From positions 2,115,027 to 2,179,026 of the forward strand of contig CM082588.2 in assembly GCA_040954595.2 (NCBI GenBank): a stretch of DNA of 64,000 nt, read 5' to 3'. This stretch comes from Balanoglossus misakiensis (Eukaryota > Animalia > Hemichordata). Shown here piece by piece: positions 33,101 to 46,011 of this stretch (position 1 is the stretch's first letter; every line of letters starts with the position of its first letter). The notes under the pieces are model-generated. The model had not been told where the DNA came from and did not search any database. It was given only the letters and a program-made list of their open reading frames with translations. Position numbers and translations under genes: made by a program.

Positions 33101-36100
33101 TTTTTCTGGGGTAGGATCTTCGACCCCAAACCATGATGTGCAATAGACCATTTCACCAGAAATGGGAAATCATGTGATATTTTAAAGTTCGTCTGTATGG
33201 TACCATTGTACTTTAATACATCAAGGGACATTGACTAATTTGGTGCTCACCACACAATGTTTGTGTATGTACATCTGGCAAAGTGGTATGATATTGCTGT
33301 CTGTGTGTGACATAAATGTTTTCCTTTGATGAAGAAAATGAGAGAGCTGGGAACAAAGAGCTATAAAATCATGAATGGTTTGTGTGAGAAGACAAGACTA
33401 ACTTAACATTTCTGACCGTTGATGTAGCCATGTATACACCACTACCATCTACTGTAGGACATGTACAGGTTTGTGGGAAAAAACAACATAGAATCAAAAG
33501 TCAGCGGTGGATTTCTTTGATTGCGAGATCTCACCTCTTTATTTGTGTGTACGCAGAAGTTGGTTCTCCCTCTGATGGAGAAAAGCCAGATGAGCCTCTG
33601 GTGAAGTCTGATGACGACAGCGATAACGAGGGAGTCTTTGACAAAATCGCTGACTTCTTTGGTAGTATGTTCTCGAGCGATGACGAATCGGAGGGTGATG
33701 ATGAAGAGATCAGAGTTGCCCCGGCAGCTGCTGCCATAGCGACAAGTGGTGATGGTGATTGGGAAGGGGAAGGTGATGGTGAAGGTAAATGTTTTGTGTG
33801 TCCACGGAGAACTAACATGAATGTTGAGAAATGTGATGTGATTTGTGTTTTTTATTTATCTGAGAATGATGAAGATAAGTGTCTGGTTGATGTTGAATGT
33901 TGAATGCCTGGCATGGGGAGCATGGACTTGTCAATACACCTGCATTGATGCATAACACTAATGCACGCCATGGAATAATATGCTTGCAGTCTGTATGAGT
34001 GCTTCTTCAAGTTTGGACATAGTTTATGGCCAACCAACAAGTACATCTGTGTTTTGATTTTTGTTTTGCAGTATTTGGTCAATAATAAAATGGTAGTAAT
34101 TGGGTGGAGTTGTTGATATTTTAGCAAAATCTAACAGTTTGTGGAGCACGAAAATTTTGATCTTGTCGTTTTAATTTTTAAAAAATCATATGGATTCGTA
34201 GACTATGGTAGCTGCTACATACCGGTATACTCACCCAACTGAGCTCGACCAGGAAGATTACATCAGTTGCTAATCCAGAAAACAAGCTATCCAGTTTCCT
34301 GTTAAGCACCTGCTAACGACTTAATCTGTGTACCCCATTGACAGATTAAATTGATAAAGTAAACATGATCAGTGAACAAGATTGTTTAGCAAGTAATGGC
34401 CTATAGAGTATTGTTTGCATACCATCTACCTATAAAAAGTTCGATATTCAGAATATATCTGAAAGGACTTGTGGAATGTGGTGTGCTAAGATCTACTGGT
34501 GGTGACATATTTAGGAACTACTTAGAATGTGCACAAAGTACTGTGGGTTTATTCTGCATTTGGGGATCCTGGCTACTGACAAGATATCCTAGCCTATATA
34601 TTCCATGACCTCAAGTACTGGGTACTGGTAGTGATCCCATTCTTTGGGCAAATTGGTGTCACCATTTCCACAGATTTGTGCAGGACCATAGAGTGCTGCA
34701 GGGGATTCCTTAACTGCACCTGGAGTATTCCTGGTGGTGTCAAAATTCCTTGTGACTTCAAAGATATTTTTGTGATGGTGTGAGTGAGTGATAGGATTCG
34801 GTTTGGTTGTTCAGGTTGAGGGTTTGATTGGACAGATTGATTGATTGGGAGAGAGAGACCTTTGCTATGTCAGCTTCCATAATTGGCTTTTCCATGTTCT
34901 CCCCACAGATGAAGTGGATGCACCTGTCTGTGAAGACATTGGGAGCATAGCCACGTTCCTGGTCATCAGTTCCTTCGACACAATGCAGGTGACGCTGACC
35001 CCAACAGCGATGGGCGTCATCAAGGATTTGGCCGATGCATTCGCGAAACCACCAGAGCTGACCCGGAGACTTGCAGAACCCAAACCAGTCTTCAAGATGA
35101 TCAACAGTACTGGCTTGAAAGCCAAGTTTTTGGTTCACCCTGCTCTACAGGTGAATTTTGCAATTATTGCTGTATGACTTCATGATCACCAGATTGCGAT
35201 TTCAATTTTGCAGGGTTAGTTTTGTTTTTTGTGTATCAACAACAAGAAATAATTCCAAGAGAAGTTTTCATGCTTTGGACAGAACTCTACATGTAGACGT
35301 GAAAGCAGGATGAATACTCGTAACAAATTTGGTCAAGATATTGATATTGTATAATTTTCTTCACTGCAGGGTTTGCCAGTCGTAGACAATGCATCAGTTG
35401 GAACAAGAGATGTGAAATCAACAGCTAGTGGAGAAGACGTCAAATTAGACAGACATGACAGTTGGGCCAACAATGCTCCAATTCCTGCAGGTAGTCTGGA
35501 TGAAGGGCCATCTGCCTCGGAAGTTGACTCTGTTGATCTTGAAAGGTGAGGGAACCACCCCTATATTTCTGTAATGAGGTCCATACTTTACCACTGCAAA
35601 CAAAATTTATGATTCGAGAAGGATTCTAGAAGGATAACTATTTGTATTATATTCTGTATTTGCCTTTACAGTGAGGACACATTCAGTTTCTTGTCTCATT
35701 CTCTGTCTGGAGTTGGACACGCCAACACTTCAACTGAAGCATTTGTTTACGATGTCCATGATACAGAAGTAGAAAATGTCTCAGATCGTCTTGCCAGTAA
35801 GAACTATATGGGAATTGAGGTGAGCGTGGGTTTGTCCACTTAAATAAAGTTATCAATTGATTTTATTTCAAATTATTTGCATTCATTGACCAGTTGTAAC
35901 AGTAACTTACAACAAATATTTTTTTTTTCTTGGTGTGTTTCAGCTTGAAGGCTTCGAACCCATAAAGTACGCTTCCAATAAACGATTTGGTAGAATTCTG
36001 TATCCACTCAGCCCACAGAAGGTAAGCTTTACAGTTTTAGTTTGACATGCAGAATTCATATTTGATATAGTCAGCCCTGAATCTTTGTTGTAAACTACAG

Positions 36101-39100
36101 TGTTCATATTACTTAGTCAAGGTGATGCGTGATGGTGCAAGTCCCAGATGTGAGGAAAAAACTTTCTTTTAAAATTATCTTTCTTTCTGCATACACACAG
36201 AATGGCAGAACATATTCAGTCATACATGAAGTGGATGTCAACCATGGAAGAAAAACTGTGAATGTGAGGTCACCACTGCAGGTAATGTGAACATTCATCA
36301 GTCATAACCACAGTCAATGACCAGGCTAATGTACTAATTTACTACAGCGTTATTCTGCTGCCTTTACCTCTTGGATAGCTGATTCCAAATTGTCTGTTTA
36401 TTCATAGGTCTACAATCATCTGCCGATACCAGTGGAGTTGTATTACAAGAAACTGGATTTACAGATTCTTGACGGAGCAGCGATTCCCGGAGAAGAGGAT
36501 GAAGAGTGGACACACCTTGGAGTGGCCAGACCAAAAGCTGTGTTTGAGATTCCACTGTACATTGCTTACCACTGTGGCATCTATTTGTGTCCAGTTGGAC
36601 TTGGGTGAGTGTAAACTTGCCAGTCTGTCCACCACAGAAAGTGCTCTTGATCAAACTGGTTTCACTTGTAGACAGTATCAGTCACAATTTTCAGGATGTA
36701 GTCCATCTTTCAGAATAATTGTATATTATGTTACAGGTATTTTATCTGCGAGTCTGCCATGAAGTGGGGAGAGCTCTCGTCATCCGACTCCCGACAAAGA
36801 GTATTCTCATGCAAGTCCAAACAGCAAGCTACAGAACCAAATTTCAACATTAAGGTAAGCAAACTGTGATATATGTTGTAATGTCATCCAGGCCCAATCT
36901 TTGTGTATAGGTCGAACTCTTCCATGGATAACAAGTAAAGTCGAAACGAGATTTGAGAAACAAAGTTGAATCTTTGCACTTTTATTGACAGAATATAGTT
37001 TGATTTTTTCTTCAACAAATCTGGCTTCTGCTTACAACTATCTTCTCTTTCTACACCCAGGTCATTTGTGAAGAGGTGACATTTGCAAAGGCCCCGCTAA
37101 GGATGCCAGCAGACACTCCCAACTTTGTGCTAAATCTCTACCCACCAGTCATACTACATAACTATCTTCCATACAGTATTGTCTATGCCTTGGAGGTGTG
37201 TATTCAAAACAGTATCCAAGATATTTTTTAACTTTCATAATGTAATAATCATTCAGATTTGAATGTCTGGAACCACCCTTTTCTGCACTTTGACGTTAAC
37301 CTCTCATATTGTGTTTCGTCCTGCCTAGACAACCCCTCCAGCTACATTAGGAGCAGGTGAAAATCTACCCATGTTCACAGTCAGGGATGATGAGTCCCAG
37401 AGACTACAAATACAGGTGAATAAAATTCCATTATTTATGTAGAATCTATAGTTTTCATTCGAGATGGCTACCACAATGTTTGAATTCAAAATGGCTCCCA
37501 GAAATATACCTCCCAAAAGTAGACACTTTCTACATTTTCATTTCATCTGTCCAGGTTTATGACTACTTAGCAGCAGACTGGCAAGGGTCACTCAACATCT
37601 CTAGGCAGTTGAAGCCATACGACGTCATCGCCATGGATACCAACGACCACGAAGATGACAGATACAAATACTTATCTCTAGGCGTGCACACTACACATGC
37701 CAGTTCCATGGACATCTTTCTGTATGCGCCATATTGGTTGGTGAATAAGACAGAGCTACCTGTTGAGTTTAGGGTAAGTGAAAGTCCAGAACATCTGAAT
37801 GAAGATATCTTACAGTATATACCGGTACATGAGCTGTATTAAACACTATTAAACTGGGTTGTTATTTGTGGACATTTGCAGGGTTCAAGAACAAGACTGG
37901 TGTATGAAAACCAAACTTCAAGTTCCCCAATTCTCTTCAATTTTAGTTCAAAGAAGAGGAAAAGGGTAAGTTAGAATTGGTAGCAAATATGTGCATTTAT
38001 TGAATTAGTAGTGATTGCAGTCCTATTACAAAGTTTTTGTGAGTATTTAACTCTCTGAAACAAATAAAAAACATGCTATAACTTTGACTTTGTCACTTTC
38101 AGGCTAAGATTCGTGTCTTTGAATCAGATTGGTCAGACTCATTTTCATTGGATACAGTGGGAAGTTCTGGTGTGGTGACGTGTAAGGACAAACGTCACGA
38201 TCGTGTCTATCAGGTAATTGGTTGTTGTGATTTTACATGTGAATCCTAGTGTGGATTTAAATCAAGAACATGTTAACTTTGCCTTTACTACTGGGCTGTC
38301 ACAACTTAATCTTCTGTTTTTTTGTGTTCAGTTCTGGCTGGAAATCAAGATGGCTAATTTGACACTAACCAAGATAGTGACTCTGATGCCATATTTCTTG
38401 GTGCTGAATGAGACTAAGGATTCTCTCAGCTTCATGGAGGAAGGTCTGAAAGCCGCTGTCTGGGTGGACATCAAACCAAATGAGGTGAGCGAGCATATGT
38501 GAAAATGACTCAGTGATGTAGGAATGTTTTATAGCAGGTTGGAGCCAGTATATTTTCAACATCACCATACATAATTAGACTGGCTTTTCCTCTCTCTCTG
38601 CAGTGTGTTCCATTTTGGCCGGGGACCGCCTCCATGAAAGTGTTTGTGAAGAACACAGACAGTAACATTTCAACACAGCACTTCAGAGTTGACAAACCTC
38701 ATTCAACGGTGTTGAGAATGCAACATGGGGTAAGTGACTACCACATTACATGATTAATTGTATATGTATATAGCAGATAGATTTGAGCAAAAGTGCTGGT
38801 AACCAATTTGCTTTTGATGACCATGTACAGTATGTGAAGAGCTATCTGATTGGTCTTCATTGCAGACTGCCCTGAATGTTGATGTCACAGGAGGAACTGA
38901 AGGACCAACCACCATCACTTTTACTCCTTACATGAACGGCAATGCTCCTGTCAGAATTGATAACCTCTGCAATGATGACCTCTTCATCAGGATCAAACAA
39001 AAGTAAGCTTTCTCATTTTCTGTCTTACTCATGTTTGAATTTGTAACCGAAGTGTATCAGTCACTCTAACTGTCCATCACCTTCTTGCAGGAGCAGCAAC

Positions 39101-42100
39101 AATGTGATGTTGATCACACCCAATCAGTCCTTGTTGTACACCTGGGATGATCCGACAGTCGAGAGAACACTCTGGTGGAATCTGTACAACCGGAACAAGC
39201 CTTCATTCCCAGCAATGATATCAAAGGTAAAAATCCAATATTTTCTGATAGATGGCTATGTTTGTGTTACAGCTTTTTGTAGGGAAATGCATGAAATGAA
39301 TACCCCTCAGTGTGTCATTTATTAAATGACTACAATTTAATTCCTGGAGTCTTGTATCTCTTACAATTCAGGATGACAGCGGGAAAGTGAATGTAAGTTA
39401 TGACAGTGTGAGACGGAGCAGCTTGCCTGGAGATGGCGAATATGTGGAAGGGGAAGATGGCAGTGTCTACAGCACTGATGAAGGTAAATGTTAATGTCAT
39501 TTAATGACATTCCTTGTGAATCAATGATCATTTCTTCACACACATTTGCTTCTTTCATTGTTAGCTCAACTGTAATTGACTTTCATTAATTTATAATTAA
39601 TGTTTTTTGCCTTAGATGATGATAAAGACAAGCCAGATGGATTGATAGATCACCCATTACTCAACAAGACAGAGAAGACGACCATATACTGGGCCTCATA
39701 CTTGGATGGCTCACAAAGAGTCCTACTGTTCACACAAGACAAAAATCTGACACAGCTGGCAAAACAGGTTTATATCTGATGTTTTATCACAATTTTGCTC
39801 ACGGGATCCCTTTAAAATAACTTTCCTGTAACCTTTTATTACCATTGATGCCAGATATTTAGAAAAATGATTTCCATTCAAATGATTACTGATGAAATTT
39901 TCTTCTGACTTGTGTTTTCAGGCTAACATAGCAGAGAAAGCAAATATGGAATTATTTGTTTCACTGGAGGGCATCGGTGTTTCGCTCATCAATGCCATGT
40001 ACGAGGAAGTGGCCTATGCAGCCATCACTACAGCCCCTGCCAAGTGGGAGGTGGAAACTCGACCAGACAAGTGGAAAGTGGTGAATCTGCAATTGGCTGG
40101 AGTGCTTGAAGATAAATTGAGACATGATGAGGATACTGTCTTTGTGGAAGATGCTGTTGAGGTCAGAATTTGTCTGATCAATTTTGCCTCTTTCTTTTGA
40201 TAAATTTAGCTATTTTTTTATAATTTGCCCACCTTCATAAAACCCTGATAAAACCCTGAGTCAACAAATGCAAACAACATTATTATGTATTGAAACATTT
40301 TCATTCCCTTTTGTTCTTGCAGGCTGATCTTGCAAATATGACAATGACAAAACCCTATGCGGGCAAGATGAGGAGGACTTACCATCCTGCAGTCTGGTTG
40401 CAGTACAGGCAGTCTATACATCATACAAGCATCCATGCTAAGATCCAGAAAATACAGGTTTGTGCCATTAAGTACTTTGTACATGTCCATGCTGTTGGGA
40501 AAATCTGTCTAAGTGCAGCTTCTGCTATAGGGACATTATTTTAACTCTGCTGTTGGCAACAGAGTGATTGTCTGTTGTCCGTCCAAAATTATATTTCACC
40601 ATAAATACTAATGGTTGTATTAACTGTATTTGTTTGCAGATCGACAATCAGCTCCATGATGCCCTGTTCACCACTGCTCTGTACCCAGCCCCCATCCCCA
40701 AACACATCATCAAGAAGAGTGGCAACAAACCTCTGATAGAGCTCTCCATCATGAGACGTCAAGTGCCTGAACAAAACGTTGACTCATTCAGGTGTGTAAA
40801 CTTGTCAAGTCAAAGAGACAAGTTCTGAATTATGCTATGAATATGCATCCTTTTATTGGCACACTTGAAGAAACAGTCAGTACAATTTCTGCTGTGTGTT
40901 TTTTTCTCAGATATTTCAAGGTGCTTCTACAACAATTCAACGTCAGGATTGACAAAGGTTTCCTCCTCTCTGTGATTGATGTCTTCAGTACTCTGGGAGA
41001 ATCGCCTGAAGAGGTATTGTCTATTTTTCTTTCTTTCTGTACTGTACAGGTTATGAATATTACGCTGCTGTTTATTTTTTGTATTGATGTAATGTTCATA
41101 TGCTTGCTGAACAATACTTTTGTAAGTCGCAGTGTACATTTGTGTTGCTGTTATTACTTTTGCTTGCAGACGTTTAAAACTGAACAGTGACTTCTCGTCA
41201 TCAAGAAAAAGTAGTTGATGTATTACTTTTGGGGTTGAACAATATTTCAAGGAACATTTATTAATTTTTGTGGTTCTGTACCGGGGGTATATTCTTTTGT
41301 TGATTGACTTGTAGGTGTGTTCAGTGTGTGAACTGTACAGTGAATCTGCACAACTCACCTGTACTTGTTGTGACACATGCATCCATGAGGGTCGGCATGT
41401 TGGGAGCACATTGCACACACACATAAATGTATATACCTTACCACACTAGTCTATCATTATATGTGTATATGTTGTTTTACATACCAGAATTGCAGTGGGG
41501 TCTGTCTAAACTAGACCCTAACTATTCTGGAAAACTGTCAAAACTAAACGTATCGTGTACGGTAGTATATCTAATTTACTGAGACATGATTTTTCGCCAC
41601 CCAAAATGAGGATCTATATATTTTTGGGAGGGGTTTTATTTTAATCACAAATGTAACTGTGATTCTACATGTACTGTAAACTCTCAGTGTTGTACTGTTC
41701 TGGATTAATGTGTGTTGTGTTCACTAACAAACAGCTTCAAGAAGAAGGAAGTACCGTAACACGGGAGGTGAGATCAGTCACCCAAAAAATCACTTCAAGT
41801 TTGCATTCATCATATTTCTCTTTTTTTAAATGTAATATGATAACTAAGAAGGTTTGCGACAACTCGCTGACTCGCCCTCTAACCTTATACTTTGGTTCCA
41901 ACTTCAACCCTGTAAATGTGTTTGCTGGGTTAAGGTTATCAGCTTATTGACAATATAATAGCATTTGCCCTATCTATTGAACTTCAATGTCTGTTGACAT
42001 TTTGGAAAAATTATATTCGGCCGGTGTCTTCATTTTCTTTATATTACCATGGTAGGAATCTCACAGTGTTGATTGGACCTTACAATTATGCGACTAAGAA

Positions 42101-45100
42101 AAAGACCTGAATAAACTGACTAGATTAGGGTGCTTGTAAAGACATAATGCTGGCCAACTTGGCAGTGTCATTTGCAAGAGTTAACAATGTCAGGTGTCAC
42201 CCCTGCCTAGTTTTGGGGCGTTACTCTGGGATTCTTATGTGTTTGTATGTGCCGATCATTCTACAAGACAGTTAATTACATTGTATGTTATGAAATCATT
42301 TCCTTCGTATATGTGAAGTGCAATTGCAACACTATCTTGTAAGGTTATATCACAACTTTCTGTCACACACTTCCATCGATCATGCTTGCAGCAGCCTGGC
42401 TAAACACACTCACACATCTTCACTAAAGTCAGTACAATGTAGTGTTGTCTGTTAGTCCGACCACAGTGCAGTCTTTCGGTTGTTGTTCATTCTAAGCTGC
42501 CTGCAGCTCTGCCAACTTCAGATTTATGCTTTATTAACAGATATCTTCTCTTGTTGCAGGATCTAAGTCTTGGGTATATTGCATGACATTCTAACTGTGC
42601 TTTGCGTTCTGCTTGCAGCTTTGCTTTGTCGTGAGACAAAGGGACAGAGTTTCATTTCACAAGTTGAAGTTTAATTCCTCTGACCATGGCTTAGATTCTC
42701 CTGTCCAATTTCTTCATTGTTTACTATTCAAGAAGATTAAAAAACCCCACTCAATTGCATAAGAGAGCAAAAGGTGGATTAAATCTTGTGAAATGAAATC
42801 TCTTGCTCCCCCCAAAAAGTGTGTGTGAATTTGTGGCTAAAATGGCAATTAATTTCCACAGATGGTACAACTGAGACTGGATCTTGGAAGAGTTAACCAA
42901 ACTTTGAAGGAGACAACAGCTTACCTTGTTGCTGAGCAACCACAGAAGAGTTACTTTGAATATCTTCATCTGTCCCCAGTCAAGGTAACACATGATGCAA
43001 TATTTTGTTTTTTCTTGTTGATTATAATGTGGGCATTTGAAAAGAAGGAATATCCATTTTAGGTGAATATTTGGACAGAATCCTACAATCTTAGATGTGT
43101 TTGCTTTGACACCTGAAGACACAAAGATTTTCTTTCAAACTTCCAGAAAGTCGTGATATATGATTCTTTTCAACCACATCACCATTGACTGTTAGAGAAT
43201 TACTTTGTCTGTTTGATTCTCATTTACAGATCGGGATAAGTTTCTCATTGAGTGGAACCCCTCACATTTCCAGTACTGAGGAAAGAACGTTTAAATCTGA
43301 TGTGATTGGTTTCTTCATCAATTCGATTGGAGCTACAATAACAGACATCAGAGATGTAGAACTCAAGTAAGTGTAACTGTGGTGGCCATAATGCTGAACA
43401 TATGATTATGTGCCAGTGTTATAATTTACTTGTTATTTTGTCAACAGACTCGCCTACTTCGAAAGAACAAATGCTCTGATATCACGAGAACAGTTTTTAT
43501 CAGAAGTCAGGGGTCACTACACATCTCAAGGCATCAAGCAGGCATATGTGCTGTTACTGGGTTTGGATGTTCTGGGCAACCCCTATGGTTTGTTCAAGGA
43601 TTTGTCTGAAGGCATTGGAGACCTCTTCTATGAACCGTATCTGGTGAGTGCATTTTATCTCAAAACATTTATCAATGCCTCCTGGTGTGCTGTTCCATCC
43701 ATTCACTTACCCAGTATGTCATGTTATGATAGTTTTTAATGTCAAACATTCAATGAATCTCTGGGTGAACTTTTACATTGGCAGTACAGTTTAAATTGCC
43801 TTTGTAGTTTTTGTACTAGTGTACTTATTATTTTATTCACAGGGTGCAGTACAAGGCCCTGGTGAGTTTGCAGAAGGTTTGGCACGCGGTGTGCAAAGCC
43901 TGCTGGGACATACCATTGGTGAGTTTGGATGCCGCTTATGTACATTTGAGTTGGTCGTTTTGTGTGGTTCATTTATATGTTCATCAGATTTCTGAAATCT
44001 GGTAAAAGATTAAAGTTTAGTCACAATCAGTTGACGTAATTTCTGCATCTTTTCGATCATCCCAGGTGGAACTGCAGGTGCACTGGCGAGAATTACTGGT
44101 GCTGCTGGGAAAGCCTTGGCTACTCTGTCATTTGATGAAGAATTCAAAAAGGTATATTGTTATTGTATCTCACAAATAATAATGTGAAAACTGGGTATAG
44201 TTCATCATTGTGATAGTTTGATTACAAGATAAGTATACTACCTATGGGAGTGGTAAACTTTGCAAGACATGATCGTAATGTTTTTGATTATATTTTTATT
44301 TTATTTTCAACTTCCTGTACAGAGGAGGAATAGGAGAATGCAGAGTCACCCTGATTCACTACCAGAGAGTTTATTACTGGCTGGTAAAGGATTTGTAATG
44401 GTAAGATTTCAGTTTTAAAAGTCACATACCTACATTTATGAATAGTGCGCTGAATTAAGCATGTTAAATGTAGTTTCTACATGTTTACATAACACTGTTC
44501 CTGACTCTGGGGAAACCTTTCCCACAGGGAATTGTGATGGGAATATCTGGAGTCGTCATCAAGCCCATCAGTGGAGCTCAGGAAGAAGGCGTGAAAGGAT
44601 TCTTGAAGGGCATCGGGAAAGGCATCCTGGGTCTGATCTTCCGGCCAACGGGCGGAATCATCGACATGGTCAGTATGACGCTGGATGCCATCAGACGAGC
44701 AGCAGACAGTGGTGAAGATGCAGTGTGTAGGCTGAGAACTCCCAGATTCATCAATCCTCATGTGGTAAGGTTTTGTGATGTGCTAAAACTCGATTGTACA
44801 TCTTGGCAGTTGACATAGCCACCTTTGGTTGAAATCTCCTCTTTTCTGTATAAGAGACAGTAGTCTTTCGATAGTCGTAGTTTGTCTTATCCACTGTTTC
44901 AAATAGTATCTCAACTCTTGTTCCTTGATAAAATGAGTTCTTAACCTAGTACTCGGTCTGAGTATTGGCTACTCTTTTCTGAGTAAATGATTCTGTGTCT
45001 CACAAGTCCACGTTTCCATACTCAGTAACTTTACATGTCTCACACTTGGCTTACAATGTGTTGTCTCTCTGCAGGGCGTGAAGCCATTCTCTCCATATCT

Positions 45101-46011
45101 GGCAACCGGCTCTGCCTTACTCTTCAATCTATCCAAGGGAGCATACCGAGAGACAGACATTTACTTTGCGCATGCATCGTTGAAATCAGACAAGAAGGAT
45201 AATCCAGATATTGTCATCCTCACCGACAGGTATTGTGTCTTCTTTCCTTTCTTATTATCAATCAAATTCACAAAAGTTATCCTCCACTGAAAAAATAAAA
45301 AATAATTGTAATAAAATTCTCATCCTTTCAGACAAATCCTTCAGCTAGAGAAGTGTCGTTTATGGAGTGGCTGGGACATGGAGGAAAGTACAGTGTATGA
45401 TAACATCACTGACATGCCACAAATTCAAGAAAACAAAATTGTTTACAAAGTCCTGGTAAGTTGTTGCCATACAGAGAGGCAAAGAAGCAATGTTTCAATA
45501 CTGTTGAACTCTTTGATTGATGTGTCTCGTGTACAGTGACCCTGACTGATCTTTGACCTTTTTTCTTTCCATTGAAGGATCCTGAAAGTGATTCCTCACT
45601 GGCTGAATTCAAGCAAATCTACTCAGACAATGAGAAGGTCTTACAGGTAGGAATTTAATAAAAATTATAAACGATAAATTTTGACTTTCATTTTCGTCTT
45701 GTTTCTGTAGAAAATTTACAACTCAACCGAACAAACAAGGAATGTCCAAATGTACAAAAGTATCATGATGCAATGTCAATAAAACTGGTTGTACCCTCTC
45801 ACCTCCATGGTTCAGTCCAAACCCATTGTTTTCAATGGTAAAGTTGGACGTCTAAAGAGGATATAGGGAGTGAAAGGATGAGAAGTGGCAAATTCCGTCT
45901 ACATTTTCTCAATGTACGTTTGAACTTTCCTCCTCCCAGTGGCTCTACAACAAATTGGAGAAGGCCATTGTATTGTACAAAGAAGAAAGCTTAACACTAG
46001 GAGATGATTGA
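18129..46011 (+). CDS. VPS13: Intermembrane lipid transfer protein VPS13A/C-class (chorein family), dozens of short exons
   Basis: Chorein-N start [23 protein letters not shown]...GIFKG, then [40 protein letters not shown]-region motifs include [27 protein letters not shown] and [12 protein letters not shown]-like segment and [11 protein letters not shown] follow, then the C-terminal [13 protein letters not shown]...[18 protein letters not shown]...[12 protein letters not shown]...RPTGGIIDM. Stop TGA at 46009-46011. Confidence 0.95.
22216..22259 (+). repeat. Perfect 22-bp tandem duplication at a VPS13 intron 3' end
   Basis: AAATAATCTCGGATATGCTTTT x2, immediately before the CAG acceptor. Confidence 0.85.
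26961..27014. repeat. Short tandem array of palindromic TTCTATAGAA-like units (intronic)
   Basis: attctatagaattctatagaatttctatgaatttctatgaaagtctatagaaat. Confidence 0.7.
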
